Shown one piece after another: positions 30,150 through 38,875 of a stretch of DNA of 64,000 nucleotides. How positions within the stretch are numbered: position 1 is the first letter of the stretch; every line of letters begins with the position of its first letter. The stretch is from Vulcanimicrobiota bacterium (GTDB lineage: Bacteria; Vulcanimicrobiota; Vulcanimicrobiia; Vulcanimicrobiales; Vulcanimicrobiaceae), in assembly GCA_963714015.1 (NCBI GenBank), contig OY970223.1, positions 2,656,001 to 2,720,000 of the forward strand, read 5' to 3'. A program made the translations under genes and the position numbers. The notes under the pieces are model-generated. The model saw only the letters and a list, made by a program, of their open reading frames with translations. It did no database searches and was not told the DNA's origin.

Positions 30150-30234
30150 TCACGCGGCTTCCTCGCCGTCTTGCGCAACGGGTTTGATGTCGTACAGCGC
30201 CGCAGAACAGGTCGGCTACGAGGAGACGCTTCAC
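30150..30234 (-). pseudogene. Internally deleted C5 methyltransferase remnant
   Basis: VKRLLVADLFCGA (motif I start) joined out of frame to ALYDIKPVAQDGEEAA*. Confidence 0.5.
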
Positions 30235-30503
30235 GCGAAGAGCCCGTCTTCGGGAAGGACCGTCTCGGCAATTAAGTCGGGATCTTGGCCTTTCATGGCT
30301 TGGTCGTAGGCAGACTTCTCGAAGCCCGGCGTTACAACGCGGCCGCCGCGGATCTTCGGACGAAACTCATGCGAGGGGTCCTCGACCGTGTGGCCACGGC
30401 CCTTATTCACCAGACACGCACCGCAGTTGAGATTGTGCTCGCTGTTCAAATGCCCGCACGTTTCGACATCGCAAATCGCGTCATGCGGATACTGCGGATT
30501 CAT
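30231..30503 (-). CDS. Small Cys/His protein
   Basis: CDVETCGH..H..CGAC. Confidence 0.5.
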   Translation of the reverse strand: MNPQYPHDAICDVETCGHLNSEHNLNCGACLVNKGRGHTVEDPSHEFRPKIRGGRVVTPGFEKSAYDQAMKGQDPDLIAETVLPEDGLFA

Positions 30504-30729
30504 TCGAGCACCAACTCATGCTCGGCGTAGGTTTGCGCGGGCCACAGATCGCGACGGCCCTTCGCGTTGACGAACACCGCAACTTCAGGCTTCGCGTCCG
30601 CTATCGCTTCGTCAATCGCCGAACACGAATGGTCGGCTCCCTTCGGATAGTTTTCATGGCAGAGCGGGCAATGCCGGTCGCCGAATCTTGTATCGCCACC
30701 ACACGGGACGCAACGGAAGTATGCCTCGC

Positions 30730-30945
30730 TCATCGATTGCTCCGTGCTGATGCGCTCTTGGCGCACGAATACGTTACGAGATAGTGGCCGGGATGGTTGA
30801 CGTCGAATCCAATGCTGGCAAGCTCCGCCTTTTGCCCAACCGGGCACAAAGGAGTTTGCGCCGGCGGCTTTCGCTCGACGACATACGCGAGCGCTAGCAA
30901 CGCAATCCCAAGCACGACGGCGCCGATCCGAAGGTAGACGTTCAC
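30730..30945 (-). CDS. Small membrane-anchored protein
   Basis: N-terminal TM segment; coupled. Confidence 0.5.
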   Translation of the reverse strand: MNVYLRIGAVVLGIALLALAYVVERKPPAQTPLCPVGQKAELASIGFDVNHPGHYLVTYSCAKSASARSNR

Positions 30946-31184
30946 TTCGCACCTCGCAGGAGCATCGCGCGCGGGAGCGCCTCGTTAATAAATCCGCCGG
31001 AGTAAACTTGCTGGCGAATGCCGCGAAGCCGTTCACGTAAATCGGCGAGGCTGTGCTCCTTCTCGTCAACTTGCGACCGTAGATCCTGAACCTCGCCAGA
31101 AAGCACGGTCATGTGCTCGGCGATGACGTCGCACAGCAGTAGGAGCTCGGAGTGAACCAGCGTCGGTTCGTTCGGTTCGATCAT
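30942..31184 (-). CDS. Coiled-coil protein
   Basis: Coupled ORF. Confidence 0.5.
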   Translation of the reverse strand: MIEPNEPTLVHSELLLLCDVIAEHMTVLSGEVQDLRSQVDEKEHSLADLRERLRGIRQQVYSGGFINEALPRAMLLRGAK

Positions 31185-31414
31185 GCAGCTTCACCCGGAA
31201 CCTTTTCGGTCAGTTGAATCGTGCGCGGGCAGCCGTCCTCGAGTTGCACGTAGCCCAAGCGGCGCAGAATCTTCACAACGCGATGCGCGTCCGAGACCGA
31301 CTTGTAGCCGGCGGCGTCGGCGATCTGCCGATAGGTGGGCGGAATACGCCTCGACGCCAAATGCGCAGCGATGGCTTGATAGACCCGCAGATGTTGCGAG
31401 GAAAGCCCATTCAT
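31181..31414 (-). CDS. LexA N-terminal DNA-binding domain only
   Basis: PPTYRQIADAAGYKSVSDAHRVVKILRRLGYV..PRTI; no peptidase domain. Confidence 0.85.
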   Translation of the reverse strand: MNGLSSQHLRVYQAIAAHLASRRIPPTYRQIADAAGYKSVSDAHRVVKILRRLGYVQLEDGCPRTIQLTEKVPGEAA

Positions 31415-31731
31415 GCGGCTGGCTCCTCAATCGGCGCGCGCATCACTTTATTGAGCGCTCGCACCGCGCGCCGGCGCACCGAAAGAGTAAACTTTAACTC
31501 GTCGCGCTCTTGTCGATCGTGACAGGAACGGCAACCGGGGCGGCCGTTTTCGATGGGACACGCGTAGCGCGCTTTCGGTCCGATAAGACTGCGCGAAATA
31601 ACGTGCATCGCGTCCGTAGCGCCCTTCTTGCCGCAGAAGTGGCAGCACGATCCATGCGCTTTGAATACGGCGCGATGGAACGCCGCCGCTTCCACATCGC
31701 GTTTGGGATTCGCTATGAGTGGACGACTCAT
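31411..31731 (-). CDS. NinG/HNH-like nuclease
   Basis: CHFCG..DAMHVISRS..EN..CRSCH. Confidence 0.7.
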   Translation of the reverse strand: MSRPLIANPKRDVEAAAFHRAVFKAHGSCCHFCGKKGATDAMHVISRSLIGPKARYACPIENGRPGCRSCHDRQERDELKFTLSVRRRAVRALNKVMRAPIEEPAA

Positions 31732-32507
31732 GCGGTGCACCGGTGGGAATAGCCAGTCAGCTCGACCTTGAGTGAGCACATTTCCATCAGCCGGTCGATC
31801 AGTTTGCGGCCAACATGCTCTTCCACACCGCTCTTCGCCCACTGCATCCCCAACTTCGAGAGACTCAGGTTCGACGTGACGACCATGCCGAGGTTGCGCT
31901 CGTATCGGCCGTTGATCAGGGCGTACAGCAGCCGTCCCGTATCCGGCGTGAAGTTTTCCGTCCCGACGTCATCCAAGGCCAGCAGTCGCACCGAGATCAG
32001 GCGATCGATGATGTCGAGCTCGCCCTCTTTCACCGCGCCGCGGCGGTTGTACGAATCGCGGATCCGCATTAGCAATCCAACGCCGGTCGTAAAGACGGCC
32101 AGGGTGCCGCGCTCGACGCAGTCGTTCACGATTGCGCCGGCCAGATGGGTTTTCCCGATGCCGGGCTCGCCGCTCCACAGGTACGCACCGATCGATGGCG
32201 CGTTCGGATTCGCGGCGGCGTCTGCAACCTCGCGGGCAGCGACGTAGCCATCACGGTTCCCGTCGTCGACGGTGAAATTCTCGAATCGGCGCGTCTCGAA
32301 TCGCGGTCCGATCTCGGACAACTTCCGGCACAATTCCACGGCCCGAGTGCGGCGCTGGTCCTGCCATGCCGCGAACTCGGCCTGGTCACGCGCTTCGCGC
32401 TCCGCAAGCCGTTGCTCCGGCGTCTTGTTCCGTGCGCGCTCGAGCATCTCGTCGAACGTCTTCGGCCACGCAGATTCCATGCGATCGCTCACGCTATCGA
32501 GGGTCAT
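31728..32507 (-). CDS. DnaC/IstB-like helicase loader ATPase
   Basis: GEPGIGKTHLA, LLALDDVG, LINGRY, VTSN, DRLMEM. Confidence 0.92.
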   Translation of the reverse strand: MTLDSVSDRMESAWPKTFDEMLERARNKTPEQRLAEREARDQAEFAAWQDQRRTRAVELCRKLSEIGPRFETRRFENFTVDDGNRDGYVAAREVADAAANPNAPSIGAYLWSGEPGIGKTHLAGAIVNDCVERGTLAVFTTGVGLLMRIRDSYNRRGAVKEGELDIIDRLISVRLLALDDVGTENFTPDTGRLLYALINGRYERNLGMVVTSNLSLSKLGMQWAKSGVEEHVGRKLIDRLMEMCSLKVELTGYSHRCTA

Positions 32508-33403
32508 GCGGCACCTTTTCGGGCACGTTCTTGCTGCTCTTGACGCTCGATCCGGGCGATGTAATCGGCCGATTCTGCTGAGACATTGCCCTTCTGTCCA
32601 GCGTGCGGCGCGGTAGACTCGCCCCGGATTTCATCCCAATTCCAAGCGGAAAGCAGTCCGCCGGGTGTTACGGCACGCCGGATTCGGCGCGCTTTCGAGG
32701 CCATGAAGAACCGTTCGGCCCTCGCCGAAATGTCGTCAGCCGAATAGACCGCGATGAGTTTTTCCGCATCGCCAAGATGCTTCAGGCACCAGGAAATGGG
32801 ATCGAGCGACTCGTGCGCCGGAATAATCTCTTCGGCGAGGCCGCGGCGCAGGAACCAATCGCAGAGTTCGAACGCCGGGGAGCGGGCAGCTCGGGTGGCA
32901 TTTTCAGCCGCGCGCGCGCTCTCAGCGAGCGAAGCGAGCTGAGTATTGGAACATGGATCATGGAACTCATCACTTTGCGAAGCGTTTGCTACCGCATCGC
33001 TATGCGTTTGCGATGCGTTCGCTATAGGGTCGCTATTAGGTTTGCTATAGCCTTGCCAGCGTTTTGCTGCGCCCTTCCTACCCGAGTCGCTAGCACGTTG
33101 GTTACGCTCATGCATTTCAGATCGGACGGATTCCATGAACGGCGAGTGCTCGGCGTCTGGCACGTTGGGATGCTCTACCAACCGACTTCCGAGAGCCGCC
33201 CGGATCGCGCGCATTTTAGCCGGTTTTACACGTCCTAAGCGAGCTTGCTGCGCGACATCGGCTGGGATACTTCCCTTCGTCCATTGTCGGCATAAGAGCA
33301 GCAAGTAAACCCCTATCTCTTCAGCCGTTAGGTCGGGCGTATCCGCTACAAAGCGGTCGATATAAAACGGCATGGCTGGGGGCGCGTAAAGGTCTTCGGG
33401 CAC
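32504..33403 (-). CDS. Replication initiator (DUF1376/YdaU-like)
   Basis: MPFYIDRFVADT..LTAEEIGVYLLLLCRQW..GRKGAAKRW; next to the DnaC-like gene. Confidence 0.85.
   Translation of the reverse strand: MPEDLYAPPAMPFYIDRFVADTPDLTAEEIGVYLLLLCRQWTKGSIPADVAQQARLGRVKPAKMRAIRAALGSRLVEHPNVPDAEHSPFMESVRSEMHERNQRASDSGRKGAAKRWQGYSKPNSDPIANASQTHSDAVANASQSDEFHDPCSNTQLASLAESARAAENATRAARSPAFELCDWFLRRGLAEEIIPAHESLDPISWCLKHLGDAEKLIAVYSADDISARAERFFMASKARRIRRAVTPGGLLSAWNWDEIRGESTAPHAGQKGNVSAESADYIARIERQEQQERARKGAA
32975..33052. repeat. Probable phage origin iterons inside the initiator gene
   Basis: Clustered (T/C)GCTA(T/C) and GCGTT repeats in the low-complexity linker, as in lambdoid origins. Confidence 0.45.
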
Positions 33404-33404
33404 G

Positions 33405-33656
33405 CTATTGGTTCACCCAAAAAATATCGAGGTGATTATGGAAGTAGACGGCCGTCCAGATGACGACGCAGATCGCGAGATAGACTACCAGCCCGCGCAT
33501 TGCACCGCGCGCCACCGCCGGCGGGAGGAGTTGCCCGTCGTCGAGCCAGCGATCGCACGCGGCCGCAAAAGCGCGTCCAAGTGAAACCGCTCGCTTTACT
33601 AAAAGTGAGGGGTGGAGGCTATTGAATTGTCTGTTGAACCGTCTGCCCACCCTCAT
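33405..33656 (-). CDS. Small membrane protein
   Basis: C-terminal TM helix. Confidence 0.45.
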   Translation of the reverse strand: MRVGRRFNRQFNSLHPSLLVKRAVSLGRAFAAACDRWLDDGQLLPPAVARGAMRGLVVYLAICVVIWTAVYFHNHLDIFWVNQ

Positions 33657-34585
33657 GACGCGCGCTTCTCTTTCAACCGGACAATCCGGGCAACGATCTC
33701 TTCTGCCTCCTCGAGCATCGTAATCGTCGTATAGTCCGTCTGCTTCCCGCGCGTTACGTATTTGACGACCGCGGCGATCTGCGTCTGCGCGATAGCGTAC
33801 TGCGCAACCAACTCGCCGATCTTGGCGATGGTGCGCGCCAGTAACTCGCCGCGCGTGGGAACGTCGCCACGCGCCTGCGCGTCCGCTAACTGCTCACCCT
33901 TGAGCGGCGGAGGCTCAGCCTTCTTCTGTCGCGTCAGCGCGATGAACCGGGCATAGTCGAGCCCCTGGATCTGTTGGCCGACCTTCAGATCCGGCGCCGC
34001 GCTTTTCTCAACGTGGAAGATGGGCGGCGCCACGCGCGGATCGCCTTTGGACTCCAAACGGAAGATGTAGTCAAACGCGTACCGGAACTTCTCGTCGCCG
34101 ATAAATTTCAGGCCATCGGCGCGGAAATCACGGCCCTGCCGAACTAACTTCGTCGCCTGATGCGCCGTGAAGATCACGTTTTTCGCGGTGACGCCAAACG
34201 CGAAGTCTAGGCACGCCCCGAAGCGACGATTCACCGTCACCCAATCCGTAACGTACTTTCCGTTCTCCGTTCGCGACGTGTGTTCGACGACCAGGTCCGC
34301 ATAGATAGCGCTCGCGGAATCGGTGACGACAGTTTTACCGGGTGCACTTGGCGCGCGCAGTTCCTTGAATGCCGCAGCAACGTCGGAAAGGCTCGTCGGC
34401 GCGAAGTGCATGAAGTGGAAACGGTCACGGAAGTGCGCCGCACGGCCGCCCTCACGGTCAACGAATACCGGATCAGGCCAAGTCATGGCCGTATGCGTTT
34501 TTCCGACGCCGTTCGGTCCCCAAAAAAGAATCTTGTCGAAGACGTCGGCATCGGTGATCTGTCCGGAATCTTTGAATAGGCTCAT
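33653..34585 (-). CDS. Sak4/AAA_24-like recombination ATPase
   Basis: KILFWGPNGVGKT, VDREGG, VVTDS, IFTAH; GGAGG RBS at ATG 34585. Confidence 0.82.
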   Translation of the reverse strand: MSLFKDSGQITDADVFDKILFWGPNGVGKTHTAMTWPDPVFVDREGGRAAHFRDRFHFMHFAPTSLSDVAAAFKELRAPSAPGKTVVTDSASAIYADLVVEHTSRTENGKYVTDWVTVNRRFGACLDFAFGVTAKNVIFTAHQATKLVRQGRDFRADGLKFIGDEKFRYAFDYIFRLESKGDPRVAPPIFHVEKSAAPDLKVGQQIQGLDYARFIALTRQKKAEPPPLKGEQLADAQARGDVPTRGELLARTIAKIGELVAQYAIAQTQIAAVVKYVTRGKQTDYTTITMLEEAEEIVARIVRLKEKRAS

Positions 34586-34870
34586 TGCGCAGCCTCCACG
34601 AGCGGATGCGACGCCTCGGGCGGCTCGACGCTGATCTGATAAGCTCGACACGTCCGGATTCGAACGCACGAGTTGGTGGAACGCGGCGCCCGCGGATTCA
34701 GCGGCGAGAATCTGGTTGTATGTGTCCGCTGAAACCGGCGAGTAGTGCCACACGGCCGACCATCCGTCTTTGCGCGGATGGAACTTCAGTTCTAAAATGG
34801 CCTCGCCGTCGTGACCGACCTCGGCAAACGCGCTGGATGAGACCTTGACGCGTTCGATATCGCGGCGCAT
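34582..34870 (-). CDS. KTSC-domain protein (apparently fused to the next gene by a frameshift)
   Basis: VSSSAFAEVGHD..LELKF..Y..V..Y..AESAGAAFH. Confidence 0.75.
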
Positions 34871-35522
34871 CTATGACACGACCTTGAGCGGCGTAATGTT
34901 CTTCTCGCCTTTCGGGAGGGGCTCGAAGATCAATCGCGGCGGCCCGAACGTGTCGACAACGTTGGCGTCGACGATCTCGGCAACACGCCCGCCATACGCC
35001 TTGGCAAGGGTACGCAAGTTTCCGGCATGCGAATTATAGACGGGCTTCGCGCCGAGATTGACGATCTGCGCGATGATGTCGGGGTGCAACCCTGAAACAT
35101 CGACGCCCTCAACCCATACGGCGTTCTTCAATTCCGCTGCGGGGAGAATGTCGGAAGAGCTCCAGTAAGCCGGCGATGCGCTTGTCGATGATTTTCGACG
35201 CGGTTACCTCGCACCGATACGTGTCACTCGGAAGTTTTTTGGCCCCGCGCTCGATGATACGCTTTAGCGCTACCGCTTCCGCAAGGCGCACGAGCACACG
35301 GTCCGGGCCGACTTCCTCTTCAAACTTCGCCTGCTGAAGATGGACATGTGCTTTGATTGCGCCGGCAGTCTCAAGGAACGACTCGTCGTCCATTGAGAGG
35401 AACTGCTTAACCGCTTCGAGCGACCGAGGGTCGCCATCGGCGACGATTTCGTGCGCCGCTTTTTCGAGTGGGTCTGTGACGACCTGCGGCGGGGTTGTAA
35501 TCTTTTCTTGCGTTTCGTTCAC
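34871..35522 (-). CDS. Hypothetical recombination-module protein (frameshift near 35140)
   Basis: Two overlapping ORFs that read as one protein. Confidence 0.45.
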
Positions 35523-35870
35523 GCTGCTTTACTCCGTAACTTTCGAAATTCGAAGGCGTCGGCGAGATCCGGTTCTTGTTCCGAAATCAATCGCGCATAG
35601 TACGCAGTGTAGGAATTGTCTAAGGCGTAATCGTTCTCGCCCTTGGTGCGCACGCCGAATTCGTAGCGCAACTTCTCCCAGAGCATCTTCATGCCGATGC
35701 GATGGTGACCCGTGGCCTCGCGATACTCGCGCGCCAGCATGACCAGCGCGACGTAGACGTGCGTGTTTAACGCGTGAAATTCGCGAAAACGCTGCGCAAT
35801 CGGGCCGCGCTTCTTCCCGACCGGAATGATCTTCGTCGAGAAGAGACTGCAACTGCGCGAGATTGCTCAT
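35519..35870 (-). CDS. Conserved phage protein (frameshifted)
   Basis: FREFHALN..IGMKMLWEKLRY..ALDNSYTAYYARL. Confidence 0.55.
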
Positions 35871-36578
35871 TGCGCAGCCCACGGAAGCGTGCAGACCCAC
35901 CATAAGCCGGCGATGACGCTGCCGAAGATCAGCCAGCCGCCAAGATACGCGGCCGGAACCTCGAGGCACGAATACCAGGGAGCACGCGGGACTTCGGAAG
36001 CCTCGGCCGCTTCGACGGCCCGGACTTTCTCAAGTCGCGCGACGTCGTCGGGCGTCGCTTCCGGCATAATCTCCGCGCACCAGGGCGGAACATGCGATCC
36101 GCTGCGCGATTCGATCTGTCCGGAAGTGGTGAATACGACGCTCGGCGCGCTCGTCCAACGGAACCGAAGCTCGGCGAATTGCTGCGCGGTCATCACGCGG
36201 ACACCCGGCACTCTTCGCACGTCGGCGGACATTTCGCGCGCACAATGACGCACGACCGGCAAATCCACTTCTCAGGACCGATGACGACGTACGTGCCGTC
36301 ATCCTGCGGCCAAAGCCCAAGATTCGCGCCGTCGTAGCCAACCGGCTTCGCACAATCGGCGCACGGCTTCTGCGCGACCGCGACGCAGAACGGGCAGTAG
36401 GCGTTCTCTTTTGAACACGGAGCGCAGAGCAGCGAGTCCGTGCAGCCGGCGCAATTCGTTGCCGCCGTACCGTTGGCGTCCTCGTAGCCGCCGATGCTCA
36501 AGCCGTGATCCCCACCACCGCCTACGGCGAATAATTCCGACTTGCAGTCGGCGCAGACCGATGAATAGCCAGCCATGA

Positions 36579-36860
36579 TCAGGCGACTTCCGGTCTGAAG
36601 GACGTGAAAGTGCCGTCAGCGTTTCGCACGTATGGCCAGCCGTAGACGACGGCTTCATAGGGCCCGCCGGTCTGCGGCGGCTCGGACGCGACTTCCATCG
36701 CGACGTCATGCAGGTTCGCAGCGGCGTCAAGAACGCCGAGCAGGTTCCCATTGGGATTCGGTGTAGACTGGTGTTGCATCGTACGCTCCTTTACAGCGGT
36801 GATGCGAAGCGGCGTAGCGTTGACAGACGTTGCGCCGTTCTGATTTTGAAAGGTGATCAT
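36579..36860 (-). CDS. Hypothetical early protein
   Basis: ORF downstream of cro; start uncertain. Confidence 0.4.
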   Translation of the reverse strand: MITFQNQNGATSVNATPLRITAVKERTMQHQSTPNPNGNLLGVLDAAANLHDVAMEVASEPPQTGGPYEAVVYGWPYVRNADGTFTSFRPEVA

Positions 36861-36981
36861 GCCGCGTCGGACTCGCGCCGGCGCCGTTCGTTATTCAGGT
36901 CCGCGCGCTCGAGTGCGTACAGGACGGAGACCGCTTCAGTGCTGTCATCCAGCACGATCGGAGCCGGCGTAACCGCGTCGT

Positions 36982-37224
36982 TCATGCCGCCTCACGGCGA
37001 ATGATGCTCTTGATTGCATCGTCCGCAAGCGCGCGGCGGGCGCGCTGAAGGCGAACCGTCGCGCGTTCAACGGCTTGGCTCGCCAAGTAGAATTCTTCGA
37101 TGATCGATTCGCTGAGCGGAATCTGTCGATCGTCCAAGCGTGCCTTGCGGCCAGCGCCCAGGCGCGCACCGCCGCGTTTTGATTTCGCAGGCGAGCAGGC
37201 GGACTGTGATACGCTGGTTGCCAT
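36982..37224 (-). CDS. Basic early protein
   Basis: RGGARLGAGRK motif; directly after cro. Confidence 0.55.
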   Translation of the reverse strand: MATSVSQSACSPAKSKRGGARLGAGRKARLDDRQIPLSESIIEEFYLASQAVERATVRLQRARRALADDAIKSIIRREAA

Positions 37225-37226
37225 GA

Positions 37227-37427
37227 CTAGGCCACTGCCCCCAACGTAAGGCTACGAAAGCGCTCGGATGCTTTCTGCAGTGTTATTACCGCGTCGCCCG
37301 GCATACGGCTCGCACCATCTTGCCAGCGCTTTACGGTGTTTGCGGAGCGGCCGGTGAGGACCGCCACGTACTCGTCCGACCAGCCTTCGTGCTGTTGGGT
37401 CTGGGCGAGCGCGTCTTTCAGTTCCAT
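37227..37427 (-). CDS. Cro-like HTH regulator
   Basis: SDEYVAVLTGRSANTVKRWQDG..MP; divergent from cI. Confidence 0.8.
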   Translation of the reverse strand: MELKDALAQTQQHEGWSDEYVAVLTGRSANTVKRWQDGASRMPGDAVITLQKASERFRSLTLGAVA

Positions 37428-37436
37428 CGTAAGGCT

Positions 37437-37486
37437 ATGTTACAGAAATGTTCACCCTTTTGTCAACACTAATGTAAACATTTCTG
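37437..37486. promoter_or_regulatory. Lysis/lysogeny switch: cro promoter and operators
   Basis: - strand TTGACA N18 TAACAT; inverted 13-mers CAGAAATGTTCAC (37443) and GTAAACATTTCTG (37474). Confidence 0.75.
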
Positions 37487-37498
37487 GGGTAGCCTGAA

Positions 37499-37846
37499 GT
37501 GGTGACAGAGACGTTTTCAGAGCGCCTCGCTCGGTTATGTCAAGAGGCCGGAGTCAGTAAAACCGAACTTGCCACGATTTTGGAGGTCAGCGAAAACCAA
37601 GCAAGACGCATCCTTGATGGAACCACCCAAAGCCTGAAGCTGCTGCCTGCTTGGCGGCTCTCAAAACGCCTGGGGATCACCCTCTCCGCACTAGTCGGCG
37701 AATCTCCCGAGGACGCTACGCGATCCATCGACCGGGACGCGCTGATCGCGTTGGGGGGCATGAATCTTGTTCAGGCGCTGCGAGAGTTGCAATCTCGCGT
37801 TGAATCTCTTGAAGAACGGAGCCGCAAGACTGACCTAAAAGCGTGA
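37499..37846 (+). CDS. CI-like XRE-family repressor without peptidase domain
   Basis: FSERLARL..SKTELATILEVS..LSKRLGITLSALVG; C-terminal coiled coil. Confidence 0.85.
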   Translation: MVTETFSERLARLCQEAGVSKTELATILEVSENQARRILDGTTQSLKLLPAWRLSKRLGITLSALVGESPEDATRSIDRDALIALGGMNLVQALRELQSRVESLEERSRKTDLKA

Positions 37847-37904
37847 ACGCAAACTCTGCCACATCGAGGCGGTCGGTCATCTTCTTTACGTTCCTTACCG
37901 GAGG

Positions 37905-38663
37905 GTGTCCATGGGAGCATTTCTTGAATTCGTTGGTTGCGTTTGCATCTGCTGGACCATTTTCGCGAGTAGTGCGCGTCCAGAACGGCTACGATTCGTC
38001 GTCGGTTTCGTCGGCGCGTTGCTCGCCGCAATGGGCCTCGGCTTAGACCCACCAAACGCCGCAGTCTGGCTCATTCTTTTCGGAGTGCTCTTCGCCGGCC
38101 TGGGCATTGCGAAAAAGGGATATCGCGCCGCCGGAATAGGTAGTGGGCTCGTGTTGCTGGTTATCGGCGCAAGCTTCATGCCGGGCACGTCGAGATCGCA
38201 GCGCACTGCCGTGGCCGCAGCGCCGTCACCCGCTCCGGTACATGCATTCAAAGCAGCGCCAACACCTCGCCCAACGCGCTCGCCCAAACCGACGCCTCCT
38301 CCTCCGCCGCCGACGCCAACGCCAAATCCGATATTACAAGAGAAGCACGACTTCATCGCAAGCGTCGACGAATCGATCTCAGGCCCGATGATCGAAGGTA
38401 ATCCGTACAAGTACGTTGGCGATAACGTCGACCTGCGCTGCACGGTAGAGAATATTCCAGATCCGTCGATGTTCAATGCTGCGTGCGGCCAGGACGACGA
38501 CGGCACCGACGCGATCATCGTTGTGCAATATGACGACACGTCCAGCTTGGACAAAGGGCAGTCGGTGCGCGTGCTCGGAACCGTCGTAACTCCGATGCAA
38601 GGAACAAACGCCATGGGCGGGTCGATGAACTTCCCGACCGTCGAAGCGCATTTTATGGAATAA
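37905..38663 (+). CDS. Membrane protein with Pro-rich linker and OB-fold-like domain (lysogeny/exclusion candidate)
   Basis: Several TM segments, PTPPPPPP, NPYKYVG..LDKGQSVRVLGTV; downstream of cI. Confidence 0.7.
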   Translation: MSMGAFLEFVGCVCICWTIFASSARPERLRFVVGFVGALLAAMGLGLDPPNAAVWLILFGVLFAGLGIAKKGYRAAGIGSGLVLLVIGASFMPGTSRSQRTAVAAAPSPAPVHAFKAAPTPRPTRSPKPTPPPPPPTPTPNPILQEKHDFIASVDESISGPMIEGNPYKYVGDNVDLRCTVENIPDPSMFNAACGQDDDGTDAIIVVQYDDTSSLDKGQSVRVLGTVVTPMQGTNAMGGSMNFPTVEAHFME

Positions 38664-38676
38664 CGCGCTCCATAGC

Positions 38677-38700
38677 AAAAAGCGCCTCCAACGGATGCGC
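38677..38700 (-). terminator. Intrinsic terminator for leftward transcripts
   Basis: GCGCATCC-GTT-GGAGGCGC-TTTTT on the - strand. Confidence 0.6.
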
Positions 38701-38723
38701 GAGCTCGTTCCCTCATTATGGCG

Positions 38724-38809
38724 ATTATCGGCTAGCCAATCCGCTAGCGCAAGAGTACTTTTTGGATCACCTTATCCACAGCCGCAATGCATCTGGGTAC
38801 TTTTGTACC
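38724..38809 (-). promoter_or_regulatory. Putative promoter plus operator boxes
   Basis: TTGCGC N17 GATAAT; box TGGGTACTTTTGTACC 38794-38809; variant box 38753-38768; TTATCCACA 38772-38780. Confidence 0.55.
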
Positions 38810-38875
38810 GCACTCTGTCACCGCTTCGTTTGTATCTGTCACCGTTTCACGGTATCGGCGCAGACCGTAAGATCG

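Noticed and set aside
33653..34870. Apparent KTSC-Sak4 fusion protein
   Set aside because: The junction reads as nonsense and there is an internal RBS plus ATG at 34585; frameshift artefact.
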